Source: Vampirovibrionales bacterium
GTDB taxonomy: Bacteria > Cyanobacteriota > Vampirovibrionia > Vampirovibrionales > JAJTHC01
Assembly: GCA_044346175.1 (NCBI GenBank)
Contig: JBIIZQ010000001.1
Location: forward strand, 17,224 to 81,223
DNA length: 64,000 nt
Reading direction: 5' to 3'
Shown here one piece after another: positions 27,803 to 38,000 of the stretch. Every line of letters begins with the position of its first letter. Within the stretch, counting starts at the first letter, position 1. The notes beneath the pieces are model-generated. The model worked only from the letters and a program-made list of their open reading frames with translations. It did not search any database and was not told the DNA's origin. Position numbers and translations under genes: made by a program.

Positions 27803-29338
27803 ATGCCCTTACTTAACGCACAACACGCTCTATTTTCAGTGATGTCTGCTAGTCATCGTACAGCTCGCTTTGGAGCAACCTCCTTTCCGAAAGCTGTTGT
27901 TAACACTGATTTTGACGGCACTATCACGGCAACTCGCATGACCAAAAACCCTGATAACACCTTCACAACACAGACTATTATTCCTCAAGCAACCATTGAG
28001 GCAACGCAAGCACTGCATCCTGATACCACTTTTATTGTGAGTACAGGACGCTCACTCGCAAGTTTTAAAAATGCCGCCATGAGACATCAAAAGGCTTTAG
28101 ATGCCATGCGTCCTATGGATGCGCTTTTACTGGCACGAGGAACAGACATGTTTATCAATCAAGTTCCTTCCAAAGATGGTAAAACCATGGTCAAACTGCC
28201 AAACAGTACGTTTATCGGTCGACTCTCCTACCATTACCCAGGCGACCACAAAGAACTCATTACCCCTTCAAGCACTTATCAAAAACTTCTAAGGTGGCAT
28301 CTTAACGGAAAAGAAGGGGTATCAAAAGAATCTTCCCTAGAAACGTGGGATGTTAGCAAGATTTTTCTTGCCATGACCAACCACCTCAAAATGCAAGGCT
28401 ATACGCCCTTACAGCGTCCTTGGCATATGGATTTAATCCAACGAGGGCTAGAGCCTCAACAGATTTGGGTTAAAACGTTTCAAAATGTCCCATCTACCCA
28501 AAAAACTGCTCAGGCCGTTAATCGAGACGTAAGTATAGGCGTTTTTGTACGTGAAGATGCCGATTTGCGGGATGAACATCTCCGCCCCATTCCGCATAAA
28601 GCAACCATTAAAACCGACAACATGATACTGATTGCTCCCTTACCCTGTATGAGTAGCAAGTATGCCCACCAACATTACTACCAGCCATGGCAACTAGGCC
28701 AAGTCAAAAAAGACCTCAAAGAAGCTTACGAAAAAGAAGTTATTGCAAAATCCAATCTTTTGGCACCTCCCATTTTAAGCGACACTGAGCAGGAACTACA
28801 ACAAGCGTCCCAACACACCCAAGAGCCTCTTAAAGCTGATATTCCTTTAATACCCACTGCAAAGCGTTTTGATAGAGCCTATATGGAGATAGGCCCCACC
28901 TCAAAAGAGGAGGCACTTGCCTTTTCTCTTAGCGTCCTTGAGGCACAACATCATGAAAAAGCCCATCCACGTATGAAGCATGCCGTCACACTGGGAGACG
29001 GTCAAAATGATGTCGGCATGCTCACGGCCGACAAAATCACACTTTATAAGCCTAAAACAAAAGATGGCACGGATTGGGAAGCGATACCCGAGCATCAAGT
29101 AAGTGTGCATGGTGTTGCCTTGGGGAAAAAAGAAGAAATCTTGAAAACCCTTCAAGACAGGAAATATAAGCCACTTGCCAAGCAAGGTAAGCTCATCCAT
29201 AGTATTCAAGGTCAAGCACCAAAGATACTCCACAATACGCATGCAAAAATTGTGTCGGTACCTGAACATGACCCTGACCAACACAGTGAATGGGCGGCAG
29301 GCATTCACGCCATGAAGACCCTTAATGTATTAGTCTAG
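27803..29338 (+). CDS. HAD-IIB (Cof/SPP-like) phosphatase with large insertion, paralog 2
   Basis: Canonical motif I TDFDGTITA, motif II FIVSTGR, motif IV VTLGDGQNDVGML. C-terminus SEWAAGIHAMKTLNVLV is shared with paralog 1. The ORF track begins at 27689. Confidence 0.6.
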   Translation: MPLLNAQHALFSVMSASHRTARFGATSFPKAVVNTDFDGTITATRMTKNPDNTFTTQTIIPQATIEATQALHPDTTFIVSTGRSLASFKNAAMRHQKALDAMRPMDALLLARGTDMFINQVPSKDGKTMVKLPNSTFIGRLSYHYPGDHKELITPSSTYQKLLRWHLNGKEGVSKESSLETWDVSKIFLAMTNHLKMQGYTPLQRPWHMDLIQRGLEPQQIWVKTFQNVPSTQKTAQAVNRDVSIGVFVREDADLRDEHLRPIPHKATIKTDNMILIAPLPCMSSKYAHQHYYQPWQLGQVKKDLKEAYEKEVIAKSNLLAPPILSDTEQELQQASQHTQEPLKADIPLIPTAKRFDRAYMEIGPTSKEEALAFSLSVLEAQHHEKAHPRMKHAVTLGDGQNDVGMLTADKITLYKPKTKDGTDWEAIPEHQVSVHGVALGKKEEILKTLQDRKYKPLAKQGKLIHSIQGQAPKILHNTHAKIVSVPEHDPDQHSEWAAGIHAMKTLNVLV

Positions 29339-29387
29339 GGAAGCGGTTGGTATGACGGTGTAACATCAAACCCATAAACCCTAAGGC

Positions 29388-29413
29388 GTAGGGGACGGTT
29401 GAAAGCCGTCCCG
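29388..29413. repeat. family B GC-rich hairpin copy (gtaggggacggttGAAAGccgtcccg)
   Basis: Shares the gtaggggacggtt 13-mer and the ccgtcccg arm with the copy at 24527. Preceded at 29349-29358 by ggtatgacgg, a family A half-site. Confidence 0.6.
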
Positions 29414-29985
29414 CAAAATCCGACGAAAAAACGACAAAAACCCAAACGGAATACACAATAAAAAAACGCTCTTCTCTCTCTGTGAGGAGAGAGAAGATGC
29501 AACACTGAGAATCACCTCATGATTTTAATCCATAAAGCCTTTATAGCCTTTCGCACGATCGCCCTGAGATTATTCACGTACCCTCTTGAAGGCAAGCCTC
29601 TAAGACTGGTATGATGGTAAAACATGAAATGAAGGTGTATAGGCTTTACCTTCAACACGTCATCAAGATAAGCTTACACTGTGTTTTGGTCAAATCGTTT
29701 TAAAGATAGTCTATGTTTGGAGATTGATACGTTATGTTTCCGCATCAGTGGCAAAAAAACCCCGAAAAATGGCTTCTTTTGATTTTTCCAGCCATTACGC
29801 TTAGCGTCATTATAGGGGGGCTTGTGTTGTACTGGGTAGGGCAAACCTTACTCCATACTGTTTTAAAATAACCCCAAGCGTTCGGGTCTAGGCACAGTGT
29901 TCTATCACGTGGGTTCAGTGTCTTATTGTGCTTGTTTATCTTGTGTTTCATTTGCTTTTTCTGCCTTGAAAAGGAGCGTTCCATC

Positions 29986-31341
29986 ATGGCTTCCTCTTCG
30001 TCGTCTCTCACCTCTGCTTTTCAGAATGCTTCAAGCACTTTAGAAAAGCTTCCCATTTTAGTCGCAAAGTTTGGCGGTACTTCAGTGGGGGATGTAGAGC
30101 GTATTCGGCGTGTAGCAGACATTGTGGTCAATCAAGCCAAAGCAGGATATCGAGTCGTAGTCGTGGTGTCTGCCATGAGTGGTGTCACCAACAGCCTTAT
30201 TGAGCTTGCCACCAAAGCCAAAGCCCACACCCGTAGCGGCCGTGAATATGATGCACTGCTTGCCACAGGCGAAATGGTCACAACCTCCTTACTGGCCCTT
30301 GCCATTCAAGACCTGGGCTACAAAGCCATAGGTTTAAACGGACAACAAGCAAAAATCCATACAGAAGATATACCGAGCCGAGCAAGAATCGTTCGGATTG
30401 ACACCAGTGCTATTTTAAAACAGTTAGATGAAGGTCATATCGTCGTTGTGACAGGTTTTCAGGGTATTGACAGTGCGGGGCATTTCACCACACTCGGACG
30501 TGGAGGGTCAGATACCTCTGCCGTGGCAGTGGCAGGAGCCTTGGAAGCTGCCCGTTGTGATATTTACACCGACGTACGTGGGGTATACTCTACAGACCCT
30601 CGTATGGTCACTGAAGCCGTCAAACTTCCAGAAGTGGCACACGTAGAAATGCTTGAACTCGCCCGATTAGGGGCGAAAGTCTTACACCCTCGCTCTGTAG
30701 AAACGGCCCGAGAGTTTAATGTTCCTGTATGTGTTCGTTCAACGTTTGACCTTGAGGATAAAGGCACTATGATTTTGCATGAAAATGAAATGTCCCCTTC
30801 TGAGCATGGCATTGCTGGCGTAGCCTGTGACTTAAACCAAGCTCGTGTGGCTGCCGTGCAAGTGCCTGATACCCCTGGGGTCGCTGCTAAAATATTCCAA
30901 ACCCTCGCACAGCATAACATTTCTGTGGACATGATTATTCAGTCTTTAGGTGAAGACGGTGTATCAAACGACATTGCCTTTACAGTCAGTACCAATGACG
31001 TACAAGATGCTAAACGACTCATGGAACAGTTGCAACCTCAAATAGGTGCAAGAGCCATTCAGGTAAACGATGCCATTGCCAAAGTCAGTATTGTTGGGGT
31101 AGGCATGGTGGACAAACCAGGCTTTGCAGCAGGTATGTTCCAAGCCCTTGCCGTTGAAAACATCAATATCCAAATGATTTCAACCAGTGAAATTAAAATC
31201 AGTGTACTGGTAGACCGTACTGATGCACAACGTGCTGTACAAGCCATTCACCGCCAGTTTTTCCCTATCGCACATCGTGACTTAGGACAAGCCGAACCCG
31301 CCATGGCAGGTGTTGTGAGTAACCAAAAGTTAGGGTACTAA
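29986..31341 (+). CDS. lysC: aspartate kinase with two C-terminal ACT domains
   Basis: VAKFGGTSVG and VVVVSAMSGVTN motifs. AAGGAG sits 9 nt upstream of the ATG at 29986. The ORF track begins at 29926. Confidence 0.9.
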   Translation: MASSSSSLTSAFQNASSTLEKLPILVAKFGGTSVGDVERIRRVADIVVNQAKAGYRVVVVVSAMSGVTNSLIELATKAKAHTRSGREYDALLATGEMVTTSLLALAIQDLGYKAIGLNGQQAKIHTEDIPSRARIVRIDTSAILKQLDEGHIVVVTGFQGIDSAGHFTTLGRGGSDTSAVAVAGALEAARCDIYTDVRGVYSTDPRMVTEAVKLPEVAHVEMLELARLGAKVLHPRSVETAREFNVPVCVRSTFDLEDKGTMILHENEMSPSEHGIAGVACDLNQARVAAVQVPDTPGVAAKIFQTLAQHNISVDMIIQSLGEDGVSNDIAFTVSTNDVQDAKRLMEQLQPQIGARAIQVNDAIAKVSIVGVGMVDKPGFAAGMFQALAVENINIQMISTSEIKISVLVDRTDAQRAVQAIHRQFFPIAHRDLGQAEPAMAGVVSNQKLGY

Positions 31342-31374
31342 ACCTCGTCAAACATCAATACGGAAACATAGCTT

Positions 31375-31866
31375 ATGCCAAAACCTGCTGAAACAGATAC
31401 CCCCATGCTCTCTGTGGGGCAAGTCGCACCCGATTTTTCATTACCCGCTTCCCTAGGTGGTTCACAAGCCACCGAGGTATCGCTTGCTGGCTATAAAGGT
31501 CAGTGGCTGGTGATTGTCTTTTACCCCAAAGACCAAACTCCTGGATGCACTCGCCAGCTTTGTGCGTTACGTGATGATTTTGCATCGTTTCAAGCACTTG
31601 GTGCTACAGTGTTAGGGAGTAACTTTGGCTCTTTGGCAAGTCATCAAAAGTTTTCTGAAAAACAAGGCTACACGTTTCCTATTGCCGTAGACACCGACCT
31701 CACCATGGCACAAGCTTACGGTGCTTCAGCCACAGACTCTGAAACAGGCAAACGTAAAATTGTACGTACCGTCTATGTGCTTACCCCTTCGGGAACGGTT
31801 GCGTTTGCACAACGAGGGATGCCTTCAGACGAAACATTACTCGCTATCATTCGGAGCGAAGCCTAG
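31375..31866 (+). CDS. bcp: Bcp/PrxQ-type peroxiredoxin
   Basis: VGQVAPDFSLPA, FYPKDQTPGCTRQLCALRD (peroxidatic and resolving Cys) and TFPIAVD motifs. The start may be at 31405. Confidence 0.8.
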   Translation: MPKPAETDTPMLSVGQVAPDFSLPASLGGSQATEVSLAGYKGQWLVIVFYPKDQTPGCTRQLCALRDDFASFQALGATVLGSNFGSLASHQKFSEKQGYTFPIAVDTDLTMAQAYGASATDSETGKRKIVRTVYVLTPSGTVAFAQRGMPSDETLLAIIRSEA

Positions 31867-31897
31867 GCTAGCTACCTAAATACCCTAAAAAAGGAAC

Positions 31898-32404
31898 TTG
31901 ACCATGTCTCACGTTTTTACCTATGCCTCCTTTAGCTATTACCTTGGCTTGAGCCTCATCATTGGTGGCTTACTGTCATTGGGGGCGATTGCCGCTTCCA
32001 CCCTCTTTAAGCATTTGCCCAGAGAGGATGCGGGATGGGTCATGACGGTGATGTTTCGTCGGTTTGACATGCTCCTTGTGGTAGCACTGTTATTAGTATT
32101 CTTAGGCGTGCTTGGTCTCAATGCCTCACAGCATCTTACTATCCAGCAAGCTTGTCCACTATGGGGAGGGGCATTACCCACGCAAATTCGGGTATGGCTC
32201 ACGACCTTCCTCGGCGGTATGGTTCTGTATACGAGTTATATCCTGAACCCTAAGTTGGAAGCCTATCAGGTTCAAAAAAAAGAGGGACTTATCCCTCTTG
32301 CGGCAGGACAAACCACACAGTTTATGAAATGGCACAAGCTTTCTGAGAAAATGGCAAAGTGGCAGATGCTTCTTGCCATACTATGCCTACCTTACGGTGT
32401 TTAG
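31898..32404 (+). CDS. hypothetical 4-TM membrane protein
   Basis: Four predicted hydrophobic helices. Family not identifiable by eye. Confidence 0.4.
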   Translation: MTMSHVFTYASFSYYLGLSLIIGGLLSLGAIAASTLFKHLPREDAGWVMTVMFRRFDMLLVVALLLVFLGVLGLNASQHLTIQQACPLWGGALPTQIRVWLTTFLGGMVLYTSYILNPKLEAYQVQKKEGLIPLAAGQTTQFMKWHKLSEKMAKWQMLLAILCLPYGV

Positions 32405-32429
32405 CATAACGGTAAGGTAGCCCCAACCC

Positions 32430-32948
32430 ATGGCACGTTTTGTATGGCGGTTACTTAAAGTCTATGAAATGTATGAGCGGCGGAAGTCAGCTCAAGAGCA
32501 GCGTGTCCAAGAAGCGGAAGAACGCTACCGTCAGGCTGAACTTGCAGTGGAGCAGCAAAAGCAAATGATTGTCCAATTAAAATTGGAGCAAAAAACCGCC
32601 CATTACCTATACCTAGAAACCTATGACCGTTACTTACGAGTAGCACATACAGAGTTACTTGAGCTTGAGGAGCAAAAACAAGTACGTCATCAGGAAGTAG
32701 AGGAAGAACAAGCCAAACTACGAGAGATTCAACAGGATATTGATGCCCTCGAAAAACACCGAGAGAAAAGTAAAGAGGCTTGGATTGAAGAAGAAAAAGC
32801 CATTGAAATGAAACAATTAGATGAAATTGGTGCCCAGCGCTACTTCAGACAAGTTGCCATTGAACAGGAAGAAGCAGAAATTGCGGCCGAGTTAGCTGCC
32901 CTTGAACGAGAAGGCTCGGATGATGAAGACGACTTGGATGAAGACTAG
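32430..32948 (+). CDS. charged coiled-coil protein, possibly FliJ/YscO-family; acidic C-terminal tail
   Basis: E/K/R/Q-rich heptad pattern. The segment EEEKAIEMKQLDEIGAQRYFRQ resembles the FliJ C-terminal region. Ends in DDEDDLDED. Confidence 0.35.
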   Translation: MARFVWRLLKVYEMYERRKSAQEQRVQEAEERYRQAELAVEQQKQMIVQLKLEQKTAHYLYLETYDRYLRVAHTELLELEEQKQVRHQEVEEEQAKLREIQQDIDALEKHREKSKEAWIEEEKAIEMKQLDEIGAQRYFRQVAIEQEEAEIAAELAALEREGSDDEDDLDED

Positions 32949-33249
32949 GCGGCACGAATCGCACACAACCTAGACACGCTATAGCAGCCATGATAAAATA
33001 TGATATTTTCATACTCATTTTGAATACCATAAATACGATGTACTCTCCCTCCTCCCCTCAATCAACACAAGGGGTTATGATAAGGGGTATTGCTTCGAGG
33101 CTTTACAGAATAGTCAGCCAGCCCCTTTTTGTAGCATTTTAGCAAAATTAGCCAGCCTGCTTCTTTTATCCTTGTAATACCCGCCTTAAAATTCGAGCAT
33201 TTGCCCAGTTCTCACCGTCCTCTGTACCCTAACTTGTCAGGAAAGCTGT

Positions 33250-34869
33250 TTGTCCATGATGTCTGTTACCTCTCCTCACCCTACCGCCACTACAAACCCT
33301 CTCCCTACACATTTTCCTACCACTTTGGACGCTGAAACGCTTTTACTTCCTTTAGACACTCAGGAACAAGCCCTTTTGATGCAGGATGGGCATAGTGCTG
33401 AAGCACTCTTTAATGATGTGATGGGACGTACCTACGACGATTTTATTATCCTACCAGGACAAATCCGCTTTGGGGTAGATAGTGTCACCTTGGATACTTG
33501 GCTCACCCGTAACATCCGCCTGAAAACCCCCATTGTAAGCTCTCCCATGGATACCGTGACGGAATCAAGCATGGCAATTGCCATGGCTTTAATGGGTGGT
33601 ATTGGGATGATTCATAGTAACAATACCCCTGAAGAACAAGCCGAACAAGTACGTCAGGTGAAACGCTACAAAAATGGGTTTATTACAAACCCCGTCGTAC
33701 TTTCTCCGCAACATCGTGTGGTTGATATTCGGCGTATCAAGGAAACCTACGGGTTTTCAGGCGTACCTATTACCGAAAACGGGCAAATGGGTGGGAAGCT
33801 TGTTGGTATCGTCACCAACCGAGATATTGACTATATTGAAGATGCAGAAACCCTTATTTCCAGTGTCATGACCACTGAAGTCATTACCGCCTCTGAAACG
33901 GTATCTTTAGAAGAAGCGAACCGTATTCTGAAGCAGAGCCGTAAAGGAAAGCTACCCATTATCAATGAAGCTGGTGAACTAGTAGCCCTTACCTCTCGGA
34001 AAGACCTACAGAAGAACCGTGATTACCCCAATGCCTCCAAACGTACTTCCGACAAACGACTTTTGGTTGGTGCTGCGATTGGTACTCGGGTAGAAGACAA
34101 ACACCGTGTTGCCGTGTTGGCAGAAGCTGGCGTGGATGTCGTGGTGATTGACTCCTCACAAGGTGACTCAACCTTTCAGCTTGAAATGGTGCAGTGGATT
34201 AAAAGTGAGTTTCCTCAAGTAGATGTCATTGCGGGTAATGTAGTGACATGTTTACAAGCCAAGCACCTTATTGATGCGGGGGCTGATGCGCTACGTATTG
34301 GCATGGGTGTGGGGTCTATTTGCACCACACAGGAAGTTATGGCGGTGGGTCGTCCACAAGGTACGGCGGTGTTTCAGGTTGCTGGGTATTGTCGGAGTCG
34401 TGGTATTCCTGTGATTGCCGATGGGGGTATTTCCTCGATTGGTCATGTCACGAAAGCATTAGCATTGGGTGCCTCTATGGTCATGATGGGTTCCATGCTT
34501 GCGGGTACCGATGAAGCCCCTGGGACTTACTTCTATAAAGATGGCGTACGTCTGAAGAAGTATCGTGGGATGGGTTCCATTGAGGCGATGCAAAAAGGCA
34601 GCTCAAACCGCTATTTCAGCGACCAAGAACGTATTTTGGTTTCGCAGGGTGTCACGGGTTACGTCGTGGATAAGGGTTCCATCCAGAAGTATGTCCCTTA
34701 CTTGGTACAGGGCATTCGTCATGGTCTGCAAGATATTGGCGTACGTTCCGTGATGGCATTACATGCCGCCCTACAAAAAGGCTGGTTACGTTTTGAGTTG
34801 CGTTCCCCTGCAGCACAAATTGAGGGTAAAGTACACCACCTTCACAGCTACGAAAAATCGGCTTACTAA
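33250..34869 (+). CDS. guaB: inosine-5'-monophosphate dehydrogenase, eukaryotic-type
   Basis: [29 protein letters not shown], the catalytic loop [12 protein letters not shown], two CBS domains, and C-terminus VHHLHSYEK. Confidence 0.9.
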   Translation: MSMMSVTSPHPTATTNPLPTHFPTTLDAETLLLPLDTQEQALLMQDGHSAEALFNDVMGRTYDDFIILPGQIRFGVDSVTLDTWLTRNIRLKTPIVSSPMDTVTESSMAIAMALMGGIGMIHSNNTPEEQAEQVRQVKRYKNGFITNPVVLSPQHRVVDIRRIKETYGFSGVPITENGQMGGKLVGIVTNRDIDYIEDAETLISSVMTTEVITASETVSLEEANRILKQSRKGKLPIINEAGELVALTSRKDLQKNRDYPNASKRTSDKRLLVGAAIGTRVEDKHRVAVLAEAGVDVVVIDSSQGDSTFQLEMVQWIKSEFPQVDVIAGNVVTCLQAKHLIDAGADALRIGMGVGSICTTQEVMAVGRPQGTAVFQVAGYCRSRGIPVIADGGISSIGHVTKALALGASMVMMGSMLAGTDEAPGTYFYKDGVRLKKYRGMGSIEAMQKGSSNRYFSDQERILVSQGVTGYVVDKGSIQKYVPYLVQGIRHGLQDIGVRSVMALHAALQKGWLRFELRSPAAQIEGKVHHLHSYEKSAY

Positions 34870-35428
34870 CGCCCCATAAAAAGCTTTTATCTCACACACC
34901 TTGCTGGGGTATTCTTGGCAGGGTTGTGATGGTTTTTTATCGTACATTTTGATGAATTGATGGGAGTGGGTAGCGTTTTTGGGTGCCATGTGATATAGTC
35001 ATGAGTGAAGGAATTGCCACAAGCATTCTGTGGGTTGATAGTACCATGTCAATCGCAACGCTCATGCGTGAGCCAAGCCCCACAGACGCATGTTAAAAGC
35101 CTACATTGTTTTTAGGCTTTTGAAGGGTGTTTCTTTTCAGTAGGGTACTATGGGCTTATCCAAAGCTTGGTACCTCCTCACTGAAAAGAGCCTCCTTTAG
35201 GGTTTGAGACCTTGCGGTATCTTCATTTTAAATGCTTTATTTTTCTCTTCAGTAGCTATCCTAAAAAAGTTTTAGTAAGTCATCATGCCACGTAAGCCCC
35301 TCACAGAAACCCTTTCCTCACAAGCTGTTGCACTGAGTGAGCCAGACCTTGCAATCCGTGTAGCTCCTGAAGATATGTTGCCACTCAAAGAAGCCAACGC
35401 CTGCCAACGACCCAACACAAAACCCACC

Positions 35429-35962
35429 ATGCAAGCACTCCCTACGGTGCTTTTAACCCTGTTGGATGAATGTCTCCCCGCACCCTTCTTCGTGGTGGAT
35501 ATCACGGTGGGACAACAAAAAAAACTTCCCAAACTGACACTTTATGTTGATTATCAAGGCAAGGAAGCCATTAGCCTTGATGCCTGTGGACAGTTGCACA
35601 GGAGCCTTGCTTTTTGGCTGGAAGACCCCGCCCATGAATACTGGTGGCCCTTTGAAGATTATGCCTTGGAAGTTTCCTCTCCAGGTATTTTTAGACAACT
35701 CACCACGCCACGAGAATGGGCTTTTTATGCAGGGTCACCCGTTACTTTGAAGCAAAAGCGTCGTCCGCCTCAAGTGAAAACGTTGCTTACAGCGACCAAA
35801 GGGAAACTGCTCGGGGTGGCTGAAGATGGTGAAACCCCTCTTATAGAGGTCTCTCCTGACGTGGCACCGTTAGCATTAGAGGCAACCCAGTTTGGACCTG
35901 TGGTATTAACGCTTGACCCCGTTTTAAAGTTTGATGCCCCACTGAGTGATATTTCTGTGTAG
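35429..35962 (+). CDS. rimP: ribosome maturation factor RimP
   Basis: The EVSSPGIFRQL motif (RimP EVSSPGldRPL) and a position immediately upstream of nusA. The ORF track begins at 35285 and the start is uncertain. Confidence 0.55.
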   Translation: MQALPTVLLTLLDECLPAPFFVVDITVGQQKKLPKLTLYVDYQGKEAISLDACGQLHRSLAFWLEDPAHEYWWPFEDYALEVSSPGIFRQLTTPREWAFYAGSPVTLKQKRRPPQVKTLLTATKGKLLGVAEDGETPLIEVSPDVAPLALEATQFGPVVLTLDPVLKFDAPLSDISV

Positions 35963-36066
35963 CGTGCTTGCCTCGTCATAAAGCCAAGCGAAGTAAAATT
36001 TTTCGTCATGATACATGACCCGTGTTTTTTTGAAGTGATTGTGTTCCATATAAAGGAGTATAGGCC

Positions 36067-37392
36067 ATGATGGCAATTCGTATTGGTTCAACATTGATGG
36101 AAAACGTTGAGATTCTTGAGCGTGAACGAGGTATCTCGAAAGAACTTATTTTAAGTTCTTTGAAAGATGCCATGTTAGCAGCCTATAAGCGTTATGCCGA
36201 ATTAAAGTCGTTAGAGTGCATCGTATGCCAACTGAATGAGAAATCAGGCGAAATTGCCATTGTGGAGCAACGCAAAGTCGTCGAGGCTCTCACGGAAGAA
36301 ATACCAGTGACCGTCTCCACAACGGAAGACCTTGAAGACGCAGTGACAACCGAAGCCGAAGCAACGACCCCAGCAGAGGCTTCAACCGCCACGGAAGAGG
36401 TCGTAGTGTATGAGGCACCTCAACCTGTGGACCCTTTCACGAAAGCGAAACATCAGATTGTATTGAAAGAAGCACGTCGGCTTCAACCCGATATTCAGGT
36501 AGGTGAAATCCTAGAGATTGACCAAACCCCTGAAGAATTCGGTCGTTTAGCAGCGGGTGCCGCCAAGCAAGTCATTACACAGCGTATTCGTGATGCTGAG
36601 CGTGCCTTGATTGCCCAAGAGTTTGAAGAGCGTCGCCATACCGTCAGTACGGGGATTATTCAACGTATCGAAGGTCAAAACGTCATTATCAGCATCGGTA
36701 AAACTGAGACTATCCTACCTAAAAACGAGCAGGTAGCGGGAGAAGCCTACCGAGTAGGGAATAAAATCCGTGTCTTTATTCTTGAAATCCGTGAAATCTA
36801 CCGGGGCGTTCCTCAAATCGTAGTCACTCAGAAACACCCCTTCCTCGTTCGAGAGGTGTTTGAGCTTGAAGTCCCTGAAATTGAAGACGGTGTGGTAGAG
36901 ATTCGTTCCATTGCACGTGAAGCTGGCTTGCGTACAAAAGTAGCCGTATGGTCAAACGACCCCAATGTCGACCCTCAGGGTGCATGTATTGGAAAGCGTG
37001 GTAGCCGTATTCAAGCGATTGTCAACGAACTGAAAAACGAAAAAATCGACATCATTCGTTGGTCGCAAGACCCCATTGAGTTTATTCATCATGCCCTAGC
37101 ACCAGCAAAAATCCTCAATGTGCAGTTTAACCCTGAAACTAACCAAGCCCTTGTGGTGGTACCCGATGAGCAACTCTCGTTAGCCATTGGACGTGAGGGT
37201 GTTAACGTGCGTTTAGCGTCTCGTCTTACGGGTGTAAAGTTAGATATTAAGAGCTTATCGCAAGCACAAAAAATCTTGTCACAAGCACAAGCTAACGAAC
37301 CACACTACGCCACACATCATGCCTCTGAAGACCACTCAGACATGTACACACAAGCGTTACATGAAACTGAAGATACACCAAGCCTGACTTAA
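36067..37392 (+). CDS. nusA: transcription termination/antitermination factor NusA
   Basis: S1 domain and two KH domains (IGKRGSRIQAIVNELKNEKIDII), plus an acidic insertion. AAGGAG sits 8 nt upstream. infB does not follow. Confidence 0.9.
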   Translation: MMAIRIGSTLMENVEILERERGISKELILSSLKDAMLAAYKRYAELKSLECIVCQLNEKSGEIAIVEQRKVVEALTEEIPVTVSTTEDLEDAVTTEAEATTPAEASTATEEVVVYEAPQPVDPFTKAKHQIVLKEARRLQPDIQVGEILEIDQTPEEFGRLAAGAAKQVITQRIRDAERALIAQEFEERRHTVSTGIIQRIEGQNVIISIGKTETILPKNEQVAGEAYRVGNKIRVFILEIREIYRGVPQIVVTQKHPFLVREVFELEVPEIEDGVVEIRSIAREAGLRTKVAVWSNDPNVDPQGACIGKRGSRIQAIVNELKNEKIDIIRWSQDPIEFIHHALAPAKILNVQFNPETNQALVVVPDEQLSLAIGREGVNVRLASRLTGVKLDIKSLSQAQKILSQAQANEPHYATHHASEDHSDMYTQALHETEDTPSLT

Positions 37393-37478
37393 GCCTTGAT
37401 TGCCTCTTGGGTCAACGTTTCATACACTTACTGCCAAGGTCTTTCCTTTAAAAGGAAAGACCTTGGTTTTATAAACCG

Positions 37479-37916
37479 CTAGGGTAGTTGATTAAAAATA
37501 TCCAGTAGCGTGGTTTTTAAAGTCGTTGCTTCTTGGCTAGGAGGTGTAATCGCTTCAAGCAAAGCGAGGGCAAGGTCTGCACGTTCCAAGCGTAACAAGG
37601 TTTCCATTTGAGTGAGTTCTTGGATGTACTGAAGTTGAACGCTACTGGGTGAGTCTGAGAAAGTTTGCCATAGCTGTGCCATAAGCCATTGCAAACGATA
37701 CCGTGGTGATGCTTGTGCCAGCAGTTCACTGGAAAGTATGGGCAAAGCGGGCGGCTGATTCATCCCCCAAGGGAGTGTATCAGGAGGCTCACCCGCAACC
37801 ACTTCGTAAAGGTTGGTATTAAACGTACCTAAGGCCTCCACACCACAACAACTGTAGGCAACCACATGCCATGGGGCTTGTTTACTTTTAAGGTAGTAGG
37901 CGTTTGACATCATCAT
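37479..37916 (-). CDS. hypothetical protein
   Basis: 145-aa ORF with no recognisable domain. Confidence 0.3.
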   Translation of the reverse strand: MMMSNAYYLKSKQAPWHVVAYSCCGVEALGTFNTNLYEVVAGEPPDTLPWGMNQPPALPILSSELLAQASPRYRLQWLMAQLWQTFSDSPSSVQLQYIQELTQMETLLRLERADLALALLEAITPPSQEATTLKTTLLDIFNQLP

Positions 37917-38000
37917 AGCGTATACTTTCTAAGCGACTTTATCTTTAAAGTTATAAGGTTTAAAACACAAAAAGCTTCCCTAAAAGTCATTTTTTATGGT

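Noticed and set aside
29745-30011. ORF 29745..30011 (-, 88 aa) upstream of lysC.
   Set aside because: It is antisense to the lysC 5' region and promoter, with a lysine-rich low-complexity translation and no RBS.
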